Source: the human T2T-CHM13v2.0 reference genome, Homo sapiens
Assembly: GCF_009914755.1 (NCBI RefSeq)
Contig: NC_060947.1
Direction: 5' to 3' (one strand)
Length of the DNA stretch: 64,000 nucleotides
The translations under genes were made by a program, and so were the position numbers. Every line of letters starts with the position of its first letter. The stretch's first letter is position 1. The notes beneath the pieces were generated by a model. That model ran no database searches, was not told where the DNA came from, and saw only the letters and a list, made by a program, of their open reading frames with translations. Positions 15,454 to 29,686 of this stretch are shown here, in pieces.

Positions 15454-15609
15454 GGAACTGTTTTCTTAATAACATTTTCGGATTGTTCATTTGATCTTGT
15501 GTTTTAACCTTGTATCCTGCAACTTTCCTAAATTCATCCAGGCAGGTAGTTGTGAGCAACACGAGAAGAGCAAGAATATGCCTGGGATAAGGAAAAAATG
15601 AATTGAGTA

Positions 15610-15965
15610 GATCAGGACTATAATAATGGTTACCATGTACTGAATATGTTTTCAACAAGTCAGTACTTCCCATGCTGTAATATGTTCATGAATCTCCTGG
15701 AAATCTAGTTAAAATTCAGACTGCTATCACTGGGTTTGGGGTGGGCCTGGGATTCTGCCTAATAACTTCTTGGATTGTTAGTGGCTTTTATTTATTATTT
15801 TCAAGTTACAATAACTGCAAGCAAGATAATACTGTTCCCATTTTACAGATAAGAAAATGACCTCAGAAGTTGAGCTAGTAGCCCAGGTTCATTGAATAAG
15901 TGGCAGAACCAGGATTTGAACACAGTTCATTCTAATGCCAAAGCTGGACTCTTTCTACTCTACCA
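15610..15965 (-). mobile_element. MIR interrupted by a MER5B-like fragment (about 15660-15770)
   Basis: 'cccattttacagataagaaaatga...ggcagaaccaggatttgaac' plus 'gaatctcctggaaatctagttaaaattcaga...gggtgggcctgggattctgc'. Confidence 0.65.
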
Positions 15966-16776
15966 CAATGGATATCTTGAGTAGAAGGAGGATAGTTGGA
16001 ATGTGAACAGAATATGGATCACGAAAAAAGAAAGCTTTTCAATGTCAGAGTTGCTTCCTGGAATACATTTGAGTCTAATCTTTGAGGTTGCCTTGGAGAG
16101 CAGATCACCAAGGCCCTTGCTTTCCAGGGAGCTGAGCATGAAGGTGTGAGATTGGACTATCAGCTAGAAGTAAGATGAAAATACTAGACAGAATTCAAGA
16201 TTGGAAGAAGTCTAGAAAGAATGGCTTACCTTCGATCAGGCTAGACTCCAGAACTAGACTCTGTATACTGCTTAGGTCTATACCTGAGATTACACCTATT
16301 GTTGACTTTTTCTGCATTCTAAACATGGGGTTAGACTGGATGTGATGTTGCCACTGAGTAACCAGAGAGGAAGAAATATATCAGTGAGCTAAAGGGCAGG
16401 GCTGTGATCCTGAGATCCTTCTGAGTAGAAAAATACCATGCTTCAATACTGTGATAACTACAGAAATAACCAATGGCTTAAACTCTGTACCCCCTACTCA
16501 GGATGGTCTTGAAATAGATGTCTAAAAGCTGTTCCCCTAAAAAGGCTATGGCAGATCCTGCTATTTAACTGGGGATGATGAATGGTATAGCATCAATACC
16601 ATCCCTCAGAGGCCAGGGTAAGGGTTTAGGGATGTGGGTAAGGGTCTGGTCATATGTTTATCTGTGAAGGACTATGGATAGGTGACCAAATTCCTTTCCA
16701 GTACTTTTCAGCAGAATCTTTAGACTTCCATCACCTGAGTTAAAACACATGAGATTTTTTTTTGTCCTTAGCACCT

Positions 16777-16782
16777 TTTATT
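16777..16782 (-). terminator. Candidate proximal polyadenylation signal AATAAA
   Basis: Plus-strand tttatt at the end of the unique UTR block, followed about 15 nt later by a genomic A-run (risk of internal priming). Confidence 0.5.
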
Positions 16783-19700
16783 GAAATATGACCCTTGATG
16801 ACAATCTGGCAGGCATATCTATGTCAGCCAAGAAGGGAGTGGTGGAGGACACAAATGCAGAAACAACAAGATTTGGAAAAAGAATAGCTTCACATGGGAT
16901 AGATGACCCCCAACAGCTGTACAACCAACACTGGTTCTTCATCTATAGAAACTGTCCCCTGCCCCACCCCCCCCAAAAAGATCTACTAATCTTCAAATAA
17001 TATAATATGCTGTTGCAGAAATATTATTGGCATAGACGACTCCTCTGGCAAAGCTCCAAATGGGTGGAAGTGGCCAGAAATGGGCCCAGCTTCCTCCATC
17101 TGGGGCTTGCTACTGGCAGAGCAGCACTGTCAGGGAGGGTCGGGTTCAGGATGTGGCTCTGGTGTGCCTGGGCAGCTTTATGGCACATGAGGTTAAATGG
17201 AAAACAGAACCTGAACCTAACCTTGAAGGAGGCTTTTTATCTTTTCACCTCTCCTTTTCTTTGCTTCCAATTTCTTCCTTTCTAGGGCTTTATTTTCAGT
17301 GTCTCTGTCTTATTCTGTCAGATTCTACTTGGGCATTTACAGCTATATCCTGGTTGAGTCTCCAGCTGTGGGACTCAGGAAGATTCAATTATCCAGAGCC
17401 CTGGGAGGTGGCAGGAGGGGTTGGGGGGACATGTGATAGTAACTCATGCACTGACTTCTCTATCAGCCATCATGCTTGCCTATTACCCATGGGGGCCTGT
17501 ATAAGTATTTGACGGGAGACAGCAGAAGTTAAGACTGATAACTGTCTTTGGGGATCTCCCTTGGCCTGCCTTCCAAACTGCTACTCACTGGCAGGCCTTG
17601 GAGGAGGGCTGAGCCCAGGAACTGAGAACAGGGGAGAGAGACTGCATCTCAAGTAATACTGGCAGTGTTGCAGCACCGTCACACACAATGAGACTGCCCT
17701 GGCAGGAGTGTGGCACGCCAGTGTCTGTTTAGCAGTTCACCTTTATCTACCAAGCTTCACTGCTAGATATACTTTTGGGGTTATTTTTTAAATGCTTTGG
17801 CAACTTTCCCTCCATGTGAAAATGAGCATCCTTGTGTTCTGATTCTAACTCTAGAAACTAATTTGAGATGGGATTAAGAACAAAAATAACAGAGTTAATA
17901 GTATTTTTGGTGTCATAAACTTAAGGTACAACCAATCACATGCTGACTAGAAAAACTCAAGACTATGGCCATAGTGTCCAGGTAAGTGACCGTTCTTTTC
18001 CCTAGGCCCATATTCCCAAAAAGGTGCTCTAGCCCACAAATTCTGAGAATGATGAAACATATCAGCCTCATCCTCCCAATACAGGACATCTCAATTTGCT
18101 CATTGTTTGTCCTAGAGCCTGCTCAGAAGAAAAGATGACAACTATGGCCTCCATTGAAAGCACTCCCCTACCTTCTCAATCTTGGCTGGCTTGTGTAAGC
18201 CTAGCCCCTGCAAGCCACCAGCCTTCCTGAATAAAGTAGAATCTTCCACTGGAGGGGAGAATGGCAGGGTTGCCATTCTAACAGTGTTTCTGGCAGCAGT
18301 ACTAAGAGCAAACCCAGAGCTCCACAGAAAGGCTTACCCCACCCCCTACCCCAGGACACCCTGCTGGCCAAGATTCTCCCATTGTTTTCAAATACAATGA
18401 AGAGGAAATGGAAGCTAGTGACAAGTATTTGTAACAGCAGCAAAAGTTCCTTGGCAAATTCTTTGGTTGAATGAGACATCCCTGCTGCTACAGTTGACCT
18501 TCAAGGACCCTGAGGAACTCAGCAGTAACTAGAAGAGATGCCAGGCCTTGGCTGGGTTGTGTGATACCAAGGATTGGCCCCAGTTAGTGAGGAACAGGGA
18601 GCTAAGCTGGATAACAGGGCAGCATTTGGCCATAACCCCCTTCTTGCCATCGTCCACCTGAGGGCTGCTTTTCCAGCATAGAAACTAGCTACTGGTGTCA
18701 GGGCCTTGGCAACAGCAGCAGTTTTAGTTGTTTGTATGCCTAAGATCCTGGCTGGGTCTTCAATTGCTCTGGGGAGCTGGCTCTGGCTGGAGCTCCCAGC
18801 TACCTTGAGTTTTGGTTCCCTTGAGCCAGGCCACAGGCTGAGAAAGCAATGGTTAGAGGAGTTCCTTCTGAGCTCACCTCTACTGATCCCATAGCTTGGA
18901 GATGGTAGAGAAATGACTGAACCTTTCTCCATTTCAGGAGATTTCTTTGGTTTCAAAAAGAAATCAGTAAGAAAAACTTAAACCCTGCTGGGGAATGCTA
19001 AACTCAAGTCACTTAGACTTTAAGGGAAGCACAAGGCCAGGCCACAGTAGGGAGGCTCTGAGTTCAAGGGGAAAACTCCTTCCTAGACATCGGTAGCTAT
19101 GGTGGGAACAATTCAACGCCTTGGCACTTGCTTACCTAGCCACGGTGGATTCAGGCTGATCTGCAGAAAATGCTTTCCTTCTGGGCTAACTTTTCCCTCT
19201 CCAACTTCCCTCTTCTCGCCTTATTAGTTAAAAAAGAAAAAAATAATCAAAACATAAAAATAAATAAAATCAAAAGGCCATTTAAAATATAACAATAAGA
19301 ACCCCCTCCCCCAATAATGAAACCTACATCTAGAAGTCAGTTTTAGTAGAGCTATTAATGGCCCATATGGTGAAGCCCTGGGGTAGGCACCTGCGGTAAC
19401 CCCCAGCAATGTAAAGGAAAGATGAAACAAGAGGTGGTAGGACCAAAGTCTTAGGACAGGAAGAGGGTCACACTAGCCAGGGCTAAGAGTAGGCCTCTTC
19501 CCCTGAACTTGCTGCTGGGAAAGGTAAGGGTAGAGCCTATTTAAACCTGGTTCCTTCCTAAGGGGCACCTGGGGGTACTCAACCTTTGCTTGCATTTTTT
19601 TCAGTGTAATTCCTCCCTCTGTGCTTTCCCCTGCAAAGCTTGGGTGAGGCCCTGAAACTGGTGCCAGGTGAATGCCCTCAAGGCAGCCAGCTCTCTGTGA

Positions 19701-20132
19701 GAAATGGCTGGCCACAAGCCCTGGGGCAGAGTAGAGCTGCAAGGCAGATTCCCTCTGAGCCTTTAGAGGCTGTTGATGATATGGGTGGGTGATGAGTACT
19801 TGATGTCTTTGGTGTCCTAGTACAAAGCAGAATGAAGGCACTTCCTTGGTTCTCTGTGCAGCAAGTACTTGCCCTTGGCAACTGTGGGAAGGAGAGTGTG
19901 GTTCTAAGATCACACCTTGCTGCAGCTCCCTTGGGTAGAAGCTTGTGGCTTCCCCAGGGTCTCCTAGCTGGTTAGGACCACTGCTAGGGAAGGGGTAGTG
20001 AGAGACATCCAGGGTAGAGGGCTGGAACAAACTGCTAATTGCTATCTACTTGCTGAGAAACTGCTAACAAAGAAGATTGAAAGCACTTCCCACATGGCTG
20101 GGCAGGGATGCTGTGGCAGAGTGCTGGTAGAA

Positions 20133-20402
20133 TTAGAAATTGCTGGGCCCCAGGAGTAGACTCTCCCTGAGACATTTGAGTTGCTCTTCCCCGAGCTTGA
20201 TCTTCTCCTCCAGCTCTCGCTGTTCAATGATGAGAGCAGATTTCATCTTGACAAAGTGCTGGTAATCTTGGAGCTGGTCCTGAGGCAGGTAGCGGGAGAC
20301 CATGCCAAACACCAACTTCTCCCGGCGGTCCACGTGCTCCTTCAGCTCCTTGGCATCTGCCAACTGCCCCGTCAGCTGCTGCTTCTTCTCTATCAGTACC
20401 AA
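20133..20402 (-). CDS. SHROOM4: SHROOM4 last coding exon (exon 9 CDS part, 270 nt including TAA); ends ...LLLGPSNF*
   Basis: ctgcttccccag|TTGGTA. Encodes [32 protein letters not shown] (end of ASD2). Stop TAA at 20135-20133. Confidence 0.96.
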
Positions 20403-20767
20403 CTGGGGAAGCAGAGGACCAAGTAAGGGCTCTCTCAATTACCAGGCATCTGTCCAACAGTGCTGCCTAGCAGTACTCCACCAGAGATGCTGCCACAAAG
20501 CAGCTATACATTCTGCTAATTAGTCAGTCCTAGATTTTCTGCCCTGAAGTCTACCTCCATGCAAAAGCCTTTGTTTCCTGTAGCAGGAGGGTAAACATGA
20601 CAACAATTCTGGATAGGGGATGTGAAATTACCTCTTTCCATCTCTTTAACGCTGTCTTCAATGTAGGGACCACCACTGGGCTTGGGGTGGAGGAAGGCTC
20701 TGACAAAGCCAGCCTGTGTCCCTTTCACCTGGTGAACAACTGTCACTGTGGAGGTGCTTTCTGTATG

Positions 20768-20842
20768 ATGTGTGTGTCTGTGTGAGTGGATATGTGTGAG
20801 TGTATGTGTCTGTGTATGTATGTATATGTATGTAGATATGTG
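20768..20842. repeat. Imperfect (TG)n/(TATG)n microsatellite
   Basis: Direct reading. Confidence 0.8.
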
Positions 20843-21243
20843 CCTCTTGTTGTGGATTCAAAGGTATATCCAAAGCCACCTGTATAGGGAAAGGTGATGC
20901 AATTTTGGTTCAGGAGTATATGCATAGTGACCCAACCTGTGAAACTGACAGCTTTCCAATCTCAAATACTTGATGAGACCTCCCCCTCCAACTCTAGAGT
21001 GAGGCAAAACTGCTGCTGCTACTACTACTACTGGGAGCTAGCATTGATTCAGTGTTTACCCTGTCCCAGGCCCTGTTTTATGTAATTAACATAAACTAAT
21101 TTAATTCTCACAATAATCCCATAAGGCAGGTAGTATGCTCACCTCATTTTACAGGTGAAGAGATTGAGGCAGAGTGACGTTATGTAAGTTGTCCACAGTC
21201 ACACAGCTAATAAATGGTAGGGCAAGAATTTCAGGGCACTTAA

Positions 21244-21594
<351 letters not shown>

Positions 21595-21703
21595 TAATCC
21601 CATGCTCTACTGTTTCCTATAGTAGCCCAACTTGAAAGAGGGAGCCCTGAGAAGAAACAAATGGTATTTCCCTCTACCCACACCCCACAGACCCCAACTC
21701 TAC

Positions 21704-21973
21704 CTTCTCCTGGTTGGCCTCTGAATCGATGCTGTTCAGAGCATTCTCCACCCGGGCCAGTCGTCCAGAGAGTGACAGCAACAGGTTGACCACTTTGTCC
21801 AGGTCCCCAACAAACAAGTGGTACTTTTCAAATTCATTGGATTTGCAGACGGCTTTTAAGTTGGCCTCCACCTCCTCCCCAAGGGCAGAATTGGCATTGA
21901 TGTCCTCTAGCAGCCCTCGCTGGGCCTCCCGCAAGACAGAAAGTTTTCTGCTGATGCTTTCGATAAGCTGTAT
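21704..21973 (-). CDS. SHROOM4: SHROOM4 coding exon (exon 8, 270 nt, phase 0-0), ASD2/SD2 core
   Basis: ttccccTAG|ATACAG...GAGAAG|gtagag. Encodes [24 protein letters not shown], the ASD2 signature (ROCK-binding region in Shroom proteins). Confidence 0.96.
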
Positions 21974-22167
21974 CTAGGGGAATTAAACAGGAGAAGACAA
22001 AGGATGAGAATGGGGATCAACAGAAACTGATTTGTACCTGTAACCTCTGTTTTGGAATCCAAGGAACAGATGGTGGGCTCTATCCTAGTCACTGGAAACA
22101 AAGGAAACTTGGCCAAGTCATGAGCAACTCCAGTCTTTTGGGCAAGCACCTTCTATCCGTCTGGTAG

Positions 22168-22592
<425 letters not shown>

Positions 22593-22779
22593 CTTCCTGG
22601 GACGATTTAATAAATAGGAGCTACAGTCCTTTTGAGAGCCTAGGTTGGAAAAGCATTTGCACTAAGGTATTTGCCTATCACTTCATTCATTCTCCTTCAA
22701 TCCATTTAAGTACCTCTCAAGTTCATGACACTATGCTAGATCTTTGCTTCCTTAGCTTGGCTTTTGAGGCCTTTTGGAT

Positions 22780-24040
22780 AAGACTGTGAGTTCTGGAGTT
22801 ATAACGACTGGGTTTGATTTATAGCTTTGCCACTTCGTAGCTGTGGGACCTTGGGTGACTTGACATTATTGAGCTTCACTTTCTTTATCTGTAGAATGGG
22901 GATAATTGCTTTACCCACTGCATTGAGTCATAATAAGGAGTCAATGAGATTATGCATGCAAAGTGTTTGGCCCATAGTAAGTGCTGCGTAAAAGCTAGGC
23001 TGCTATTATTTGTTACTCAGTCTGGCCCCACCTTGCCATTCTAATGTCCCTCCTCAGAGCCTTTCAGAATTAGCTCCTCATTCTCCTCTGTGTTCACAAC
23101 ACTCATTCTTGTGTTCCTGAGTAGCTTATGCAGTTCCACCTACTCTTTAACTCTTTCTTCATTTTGATTATTCCTAAATTTCTTCAGGGGACAGCTCTGC
23201 CCCTCCCCTCCCTCACAGGAAGCCCTCCTCTGTAAGTCTTCTCTCAGTGATCTTTTTTTGTCCGAGCTTTTAAGTATTTTAGAATTAGAACCCTATAGTG
23301 TAACTTGAAGTTCCTCACTTTCTATTCCTTGTGTGTGTCTGATCTCTCACCTGCTAATGATTGTAAGTTTCTTAAGGGAAGTGCTGTCTGTGTCTTCTGA
23401 TTTGTCTCCCCTATAGGTGAGTACAGTCACAGGGAAGTACAGCAAAGTTTTAGAGTCGGAGACATCTGGATTCCAATTCCACCTCCAAACTCTATGGCCT
23501 TAGGATAGATACCTAATCCCACTTCTGTTTCCTCATCTGTAAAGTGGACACCTCCCCAACTCCAGAGATTTTCTGATGGGTAAATGAAACCACATAAGTA
23601 AAAGACTTAGTATTATGACTGGCACTTAAATGCTCAATGCATGCTTACTAATGTTATTATTATTATTAAATTAGTTCTACAACATACTCCAAACTAATAG
23701 ATACTTGTCTAGCTGCAAGGTTATGACAAGAATGGCCCTGTCCCAGGCTGCCCATAGCCTCTGTAGACAGTACTGCTTTGTGGTTAAGAGCACAGAGACT
23801 CCAGTGCCAGACTACCAGAGTTTGAACTCCTGCTCTGCTGGAAAGTAGTGGTATTATATACGACCTTGAGCAAATTACTCAACCTCTCTGCACGTCAATT
23901 TCCACATCTAAAAAATAAGATAACAATAGGACCTACCTCATAGAGTTGTTATGAGAATTAAATAAGTTAACACATGTTACATGTTTAGAATAGTATCTTG
24001 TTCATAGGAGTAAGCTTCAGTGTATGTTTTAATCTTATTC
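22780..24040 (+). mobile_element. Cluster of MIRs (about 22780-23010, 23430-23670, 23765-24040)
   Basis: 'tggttaagagcacagagactccagtgccagac...accttgagcaaattactcaacctctctg'. Confidence 0.75.
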
Positions 24041-25456
24041 TAGCCCAAGCACTGGGCCCATAGGTTTGTAGTTTTCTGGAATGTATTCCCCTCTAGTAAT
24101 TTAATTAGAGATGTCCAAAGTGACCAAGACTAAGAAAGCCTCCTCCAGGTTCCAAGACCTGTTGTCATATTTTAGAACTCTTCAAAAGTCAGGAGATCAC
24201 CATGATCTCAGTCTGAAGTATAATAGGTTTGCATTTGGGGAAAGTTCCAAAACCCACTGAGAACTGGGGATCAGTGATATGAATAAGGCAACACAATTAG
24301 ATGAAGAGGCTGTCAGTTATATTCCCACCATCTGCTCTCCCAAATAAAAGTCAATGCTGGGGACAAAGGATGGCTAGGGGCCATCTAGAAAATGACCCAC
24401 TTGGAAAATCACCTTCTTACCCCAGTTCCCAAGCTCCAGGGATAGATGGAAGGATAAAAGTGGAGAGAGCCCTTTACTTCTTGGAACTTGGGCTCTACAA
24501 CCTGAACCTCAGTCCTGGGGAAGTGTGATGGATAGAGTTGTGGAGTCATCACAGATCCAGCCAGAGCTGAGTTGCTTTTTCTGGGACATCGCAAATTGGT
24601 GACATTCCTCACCTTTCTTCCTCAGAGACAAAAACTGTCATAGCCCACCCACAATCACTTTAGTTCACTTTCTGTCGTTCTGTGCTCTGCCATTTCTGAT
24701 CATCTCTCTCTTTTCCTGGTCAGACTTCTAGGTTTGCCCCTGCAGAGGCCAGGCCCTGAGTAAGCTAGGAGTACCCCTGCTCGGGGAACATGGAATCCAA
24801 GGAAGCAGACATCTGCATCAGTAAAACTTCAACACCACCATGCTTCCAATTCTTCCCCTGACATTTTGCTTCAGATAGGAAATTGGAGGAAGGACTCTTG
24901 CAAATGGCCCTGTAACTTCCTACGGGTCATATCCTGAAAGAAATATGGGCAGAACAATTTACATTGAGTTTAGATGTCCACAAAGAAGGTAAATTGAGCC
25001 TTTGAGGTTGCCATGACAACCCTATTTGCTTATGAAATACAATAGGTAAGTGCAGGGAGGGGAAAGTGATTCCAAGAATTGGATTAGAAAACCAGACTAG
25101 TGGTACTTAGACAAAGAAAGGAAAGCTTTGGAACGACAGCAACATCATCATCTCCACTTAACTATTTTGTACTTTTAAGACATAATTGACTATCCTTGCA
25201 AATAAATACTAAAGTTTGCCAGCCTATAAGTTGTCCTTATTTTACTTAGTCTCTTCTGTCTCCCACAAAGTTGCACAAAGAATAAAAATCAATGGCACTG
25301 CCATTGGTTAGAAGAGCCCACTGGCAGAAACTCTGATGTGCCCTGGGTAGTGAGTTACTTACAAGGCTGGCTTAATTCAGAGAGACAGCATGTACTGTAC
25401 AGTAGAAATTCAGACAGTCTTGACTTCAAGTGCTGGATCTACCATTTAGTCTGTAA

Positions 25457-25899
<443 letters not shown>

Positions 25900-26076
25900 T
25901 GACTGGATCAAAAATAGACAGGACTTGGATCTGTGAGAAATCCAGAGAGGCTGTATGGTTTCCATACTGAAAATATGGGAATGCGAGATGTTCTAGAGAG
26001 TGTAGAAGGCTGGTCATCCTCCAGATACATTCAAGCTAAATTCTGAAAATCTCTAGGACACATCAAAAAACTTTAC

Positions 26077-26257
26077 CTTTTTTTGAGCCAGTTCATGGTC
26101 AACTTCCTCCTCTCCTAGGCCAATCTCTGCCATCTCAGGTTGGTCTTTCAGTTTGTTCAGCAGCTCTGCCTTGGCCACAGAAATATTGTAATAAGCTGAG
26201 TAAGAGGTAGGGATTCCTGGGGCCCCTGAAGGAGGCGAAAAGTGCTGAAACTCTTGT
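26077..26257 (-). CDS. SHROOM4: SHROOM4 coding exon (exon 7, 181 nt), N-terminal part of ASD2/SD2
   Basis: tttccacag|ACAAGAG...AAAAAG|gtaaag. Encodes YSAYYNISVAKAELLNKLKD, typical of Shroom ASD2. Confidence 0.95.
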
Positions 26258-27649
26258 CTGTGGAAACAAAGAATGACCATTTGAGCACCTCTGTTGAGAG
26301 GCTGCTGACATTTCTGCTTCTTAATTTCTCCATCTGAAAAATGGAACCCTGCTTCACCAAGGAGTTGAAAAAAATGGAGAAGGCACTGTTCAAATGTAAA
26401 CAGGCCACATGAAGGCAAACTGGAGTTAAGTAAAGGTAAGTTTTAAGAACTTAGAAGGCTATTTCCATGCCCCTGACTTCATCGGCTAGGGAGACTTCTT
26501 TCGAGATAATTTGGTTTGGTCATTAACACTCAATTAAAATCCAGAAAACCTGGCAGGCCTTCTGATCATCATCCTTTTGGTGCATGACCCCAGTATGTGG
26601 ATCCCAAAGTAGGGGCTAGGTGGTAGAGAAGTATCTGAGACCTTATCTATTGGTTCTCCAAGCCTGTTGGCCTCCCTCAGACCTACCCCTGGATCTCAAC
26701 CCATCCTGGCTCTATCTAGTCTTCTTGCTTACAAAGGCACCCTGTGGCTTTCCTGGACACTCTCATCATTTTTTTCTTTTCCAATGCCACTCCTACTTGA
26801 AATGGACCCTCTGCTGCAGATCTCCCACAGCAAAGAGGTCACCCATGACCTCAACAGTGGTCACCATGTTGGAGGCTGCAGTTAGCACCCTGCCAGGGAC
26901 TTGTCACCGCCCACCACATCTCTCATGAACTCTTCAGACATTGCCTGCTGTAGGGCAGGACTTCAGCCTGAAAAGGGATAGCATCTCTCCACTTCTGGCA
27001 TATTCCCAATGGCTCCTGCCTCCTCCATGGTTGTAGAATGAAATGGGGAAAAAAATGGAACCAGTGGCACCCAGGGGCTTGACAAGTATAGCAACAGACC
27101 CTGTTGTCTTGGGTTCACCAAAGCCTGTGGGGCTGAGGCATTGCTTCTCAGAGCCCCAGCCCATGAAATAGAACTTCTCAGGAAAAAAAGTAGTTCTGGT
27201 TCCATGCTGGCTTGGGTTTGGCCTCTTCTGCCATCAAAGCTTCCAGTCTGGTGTGAGGAAGGAAGTAGAGAGAAATGCTACAATGTTAGGTCTCAGCGAT
27301 GGAGGGGCAAATAATTTTGCCCGTGGTTTATGCTAGGGGGTGGCCCGCCCTCACTATATTCTCATTGCCTGCTAGCCACTCCCATCCTCCACCTGTCTGT
27401 GTCACTACCCCTTCGCTAACCTCTAGCTGTTTGAAAGGGAAAATAGGAGAAACTCATTAGTCATTTTTGCAGCTATTTGCAGTTCTTAAAGGTCAAAAAT
27501 AATGGTTAAAAGGCTCCACAGCTATTTACTGATTCATGCTATGCTGTCTCCTAATTCATCACACAAAAGAAAGTTGGGCCCGCCAATATTTTTTATCCTA
27601 GGTAAATTCATTTATATGTAAGTTTCAAGCTTGTAACACTGATAAAAGA

Positions 27650-27900
27650 ACAATACTAGCTAACATGCACACCATACTTACCATGCCCCAGAAACCATCC
27701 TAAGATAGATACATGCACACATAGGTATATACATATATAATTGAATGCTCATGAAAACCATTATACAGATAAGGAACATGAGGCAACATGAGGTACAGTG
27801 ACTTCCTCAAGGTCACCAGACATTAAATGACAGACCTGCAATTTGCACCTGGACAACCTGACTCTAGAATCTGTGCTTCAAGCCGCTATGCTATACTGCC
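27650..27900 (-). mobile_element. MIR
   Basis: 'acagataaggaa...gtgacttcctcaaggtcac...ctgactctagaatctgtgct'. Confidence 0.7.
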
Positions 27901-28599
27901 AAAGGGACAACTTGAGATCATATAAAAGCCTACATGTAAGGAATTTTCTGGCTGGAGTATATCTATGTTAGCAGATAATGGAGAATATTCCGGAGGGAAT
28001 ATGAAGGTCTGAACTTAGGGAATTCCTATCTACAAGAAAAATATTTAGGGTATGTGTGAAAGTTCTGTGTCAGAAGGTGTTATAAAGGAAAAAAAGGATG
28101 TGCTAATTGGAGACTCAGTTCCCCAGCATACACATCCCTGCATCATATTATAGTATATCACATTAGGCACTATATTCTAGGGATCCTTTCCTTATCACCT
28201 CCATTAATAGGGAAGTGATTATAGGTGGTCTATGTAGTAAACATCAAAGCAAAAAGCAGATTCCTTTCACAGAGCACTGAGAGGAAATGCATAGAGTCCA
28301 TAAAGCAAGCTATACCTATACCTGAATCAGTTATTAGACTTAAATAATACTTAATTATTCCACTAGCTGGCTTCTGTGTGTATCCCAGCATTTTTTAACA
28401 GAACAGTATGTAGGTTATAAAGGTACTAGAGTTTAACTTGGCTGAAATTAGGATATCTTTGTTTGCATTTTAGATTCAAAATATTATGCATCTATATGTC
28501 CCTTACAAAATCTTAAAGCTGCTTCCTTCTGGCTAGGACACTGTCCTCTCCTAGGGTCTGGAATAGAATCTTCTTCAAGAGCCCAGAGATCGTGGGATG

Positions 28600-29330
28600 A
28601 TATAGCAAGCATAGTGAGCTACCTGAGATCTTGTGATAAAGTTACTTTATCTCCCTGGGCCTTGCTTTTTTCATCTAAGAAATGGAGAAGATGAATGGTA
28701 ACTATTTCATAGGTTTATTTTCATGATTAAATCAATCATTACCCAAAGTGCTTAGAACAATGCAGGGCACATAGTAAGCAATCAAAAAAATTAGCTATTT
28801 TGGGAATGATGCTGTTCCTTAAATCTCCATCACTCAAAGGAGCATCTAATTGATTTTGTAGTCACAAGCAGAGCTGTGTGCAAACAAATGTTTTCCCTTA
28901 CATCCTAGAGTCATTAAAAATAAATCTCTGGAGCAAGTTACAAGATCTCTAGTAATAGTGATTTCTTTCTGTCTGGCCAAGGTGCCAAGGCAAAGGGAGC
29001 TACACAAAGAAGGAAGAACCAGGGCTTGTAACTGCTGCCTCTGGTACACCTTGCCCTACAGGAGAGAAGAGGACCCTGTGACTCCTGGCCTATGGAAAGA
29101 ACAAGATCTCTCTGGGAGAGGCTGCCTAGGAAGGCAAAATAAGCATGGGCTTTGGAGTCAGACAGCTCTGGCTTTGAATGTTTGCTGTGTAACTTGGAAT
29201 TAGTTAGTTTCCTCATCTGTCAAATGGGGATAATAATGGCTAATAGGGCTATTGGGAGGATTAAATGAAATAGATACATAATGTCTGGCAGTGTCTGGTA
29301 TATAAGAAATACTTAATAAATGTTCATCCA
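28600..29330 (+). mobile_element. MIR fragments (about 28600-28800 and 29140-29330)
   Basis: 'gggctttggagtcagacag...tttcctcatctgtcaaatggggataata'. Confidence 0.7.
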
Positions 29331-29524
29331 TTCATTTATTTGTTCTTTCTTCTTAAATATTTGTTAAGTGCCTACTATTGGGAGGTCATTTTCCCTTTTC
29401 CCTGCTATGATAGATAACAATCACAGGTATTTTTCACAAAATGTTTTCTAATTACAATGAGAATGCTCCCCAGGTAGAAGAACAGCTTGAGAAGCAGCCA
29501 CATGGGATCTAATGAAGGATTCTT

Positions 29525-29686
29525 TTTTTTTTTTTTTAATTATACTTTAAATTTTAGGGTACATGTGCACATTGTGCAGGTTAGTTACATATGTATACAT
29601 GTGCCATGCTGGTGCGCTGCACCCACTAACTCGTCATCTAGCATTAGGTATATCTCCCAATGCTATCCCTCCTCCCTCCCCGCCTC
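29525..29686 (-). mobile_element. Young, severely 5'-truncated L1 (L1PA2-like) 3' end
   Basis: Near-consensus young L1 3' UTR carrying the ancestral GAG (not Ta-type ACA) diagnostic. Perfect 13-bp TSD atgaaggattctt (29512-29524 and 29687-29699). Confidence 0.92.

Noticed and set aside
19131-19170. Apparent 25-nt micro-exon in the 3' UTR (ttttctgcag|...CTAG|gtaagc) and a strong donor at about 16230
   Set aside because: The polypyrimidine tract is very short and such motifs occur by chance; not supportable without junction reads.
17007-20030. ORFs of 92-185 aa in the 3' UTR on both strands
   Set aside because: Several use non-ATG starts, none has recognisable homology, and the lengths are expected by chance.
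21962-21975. Tandem acceptor TAG-ATA-CAG at exon 8
   Set aside because: It would only drop Ile-Gln, and the sequence gives no evidence of use.
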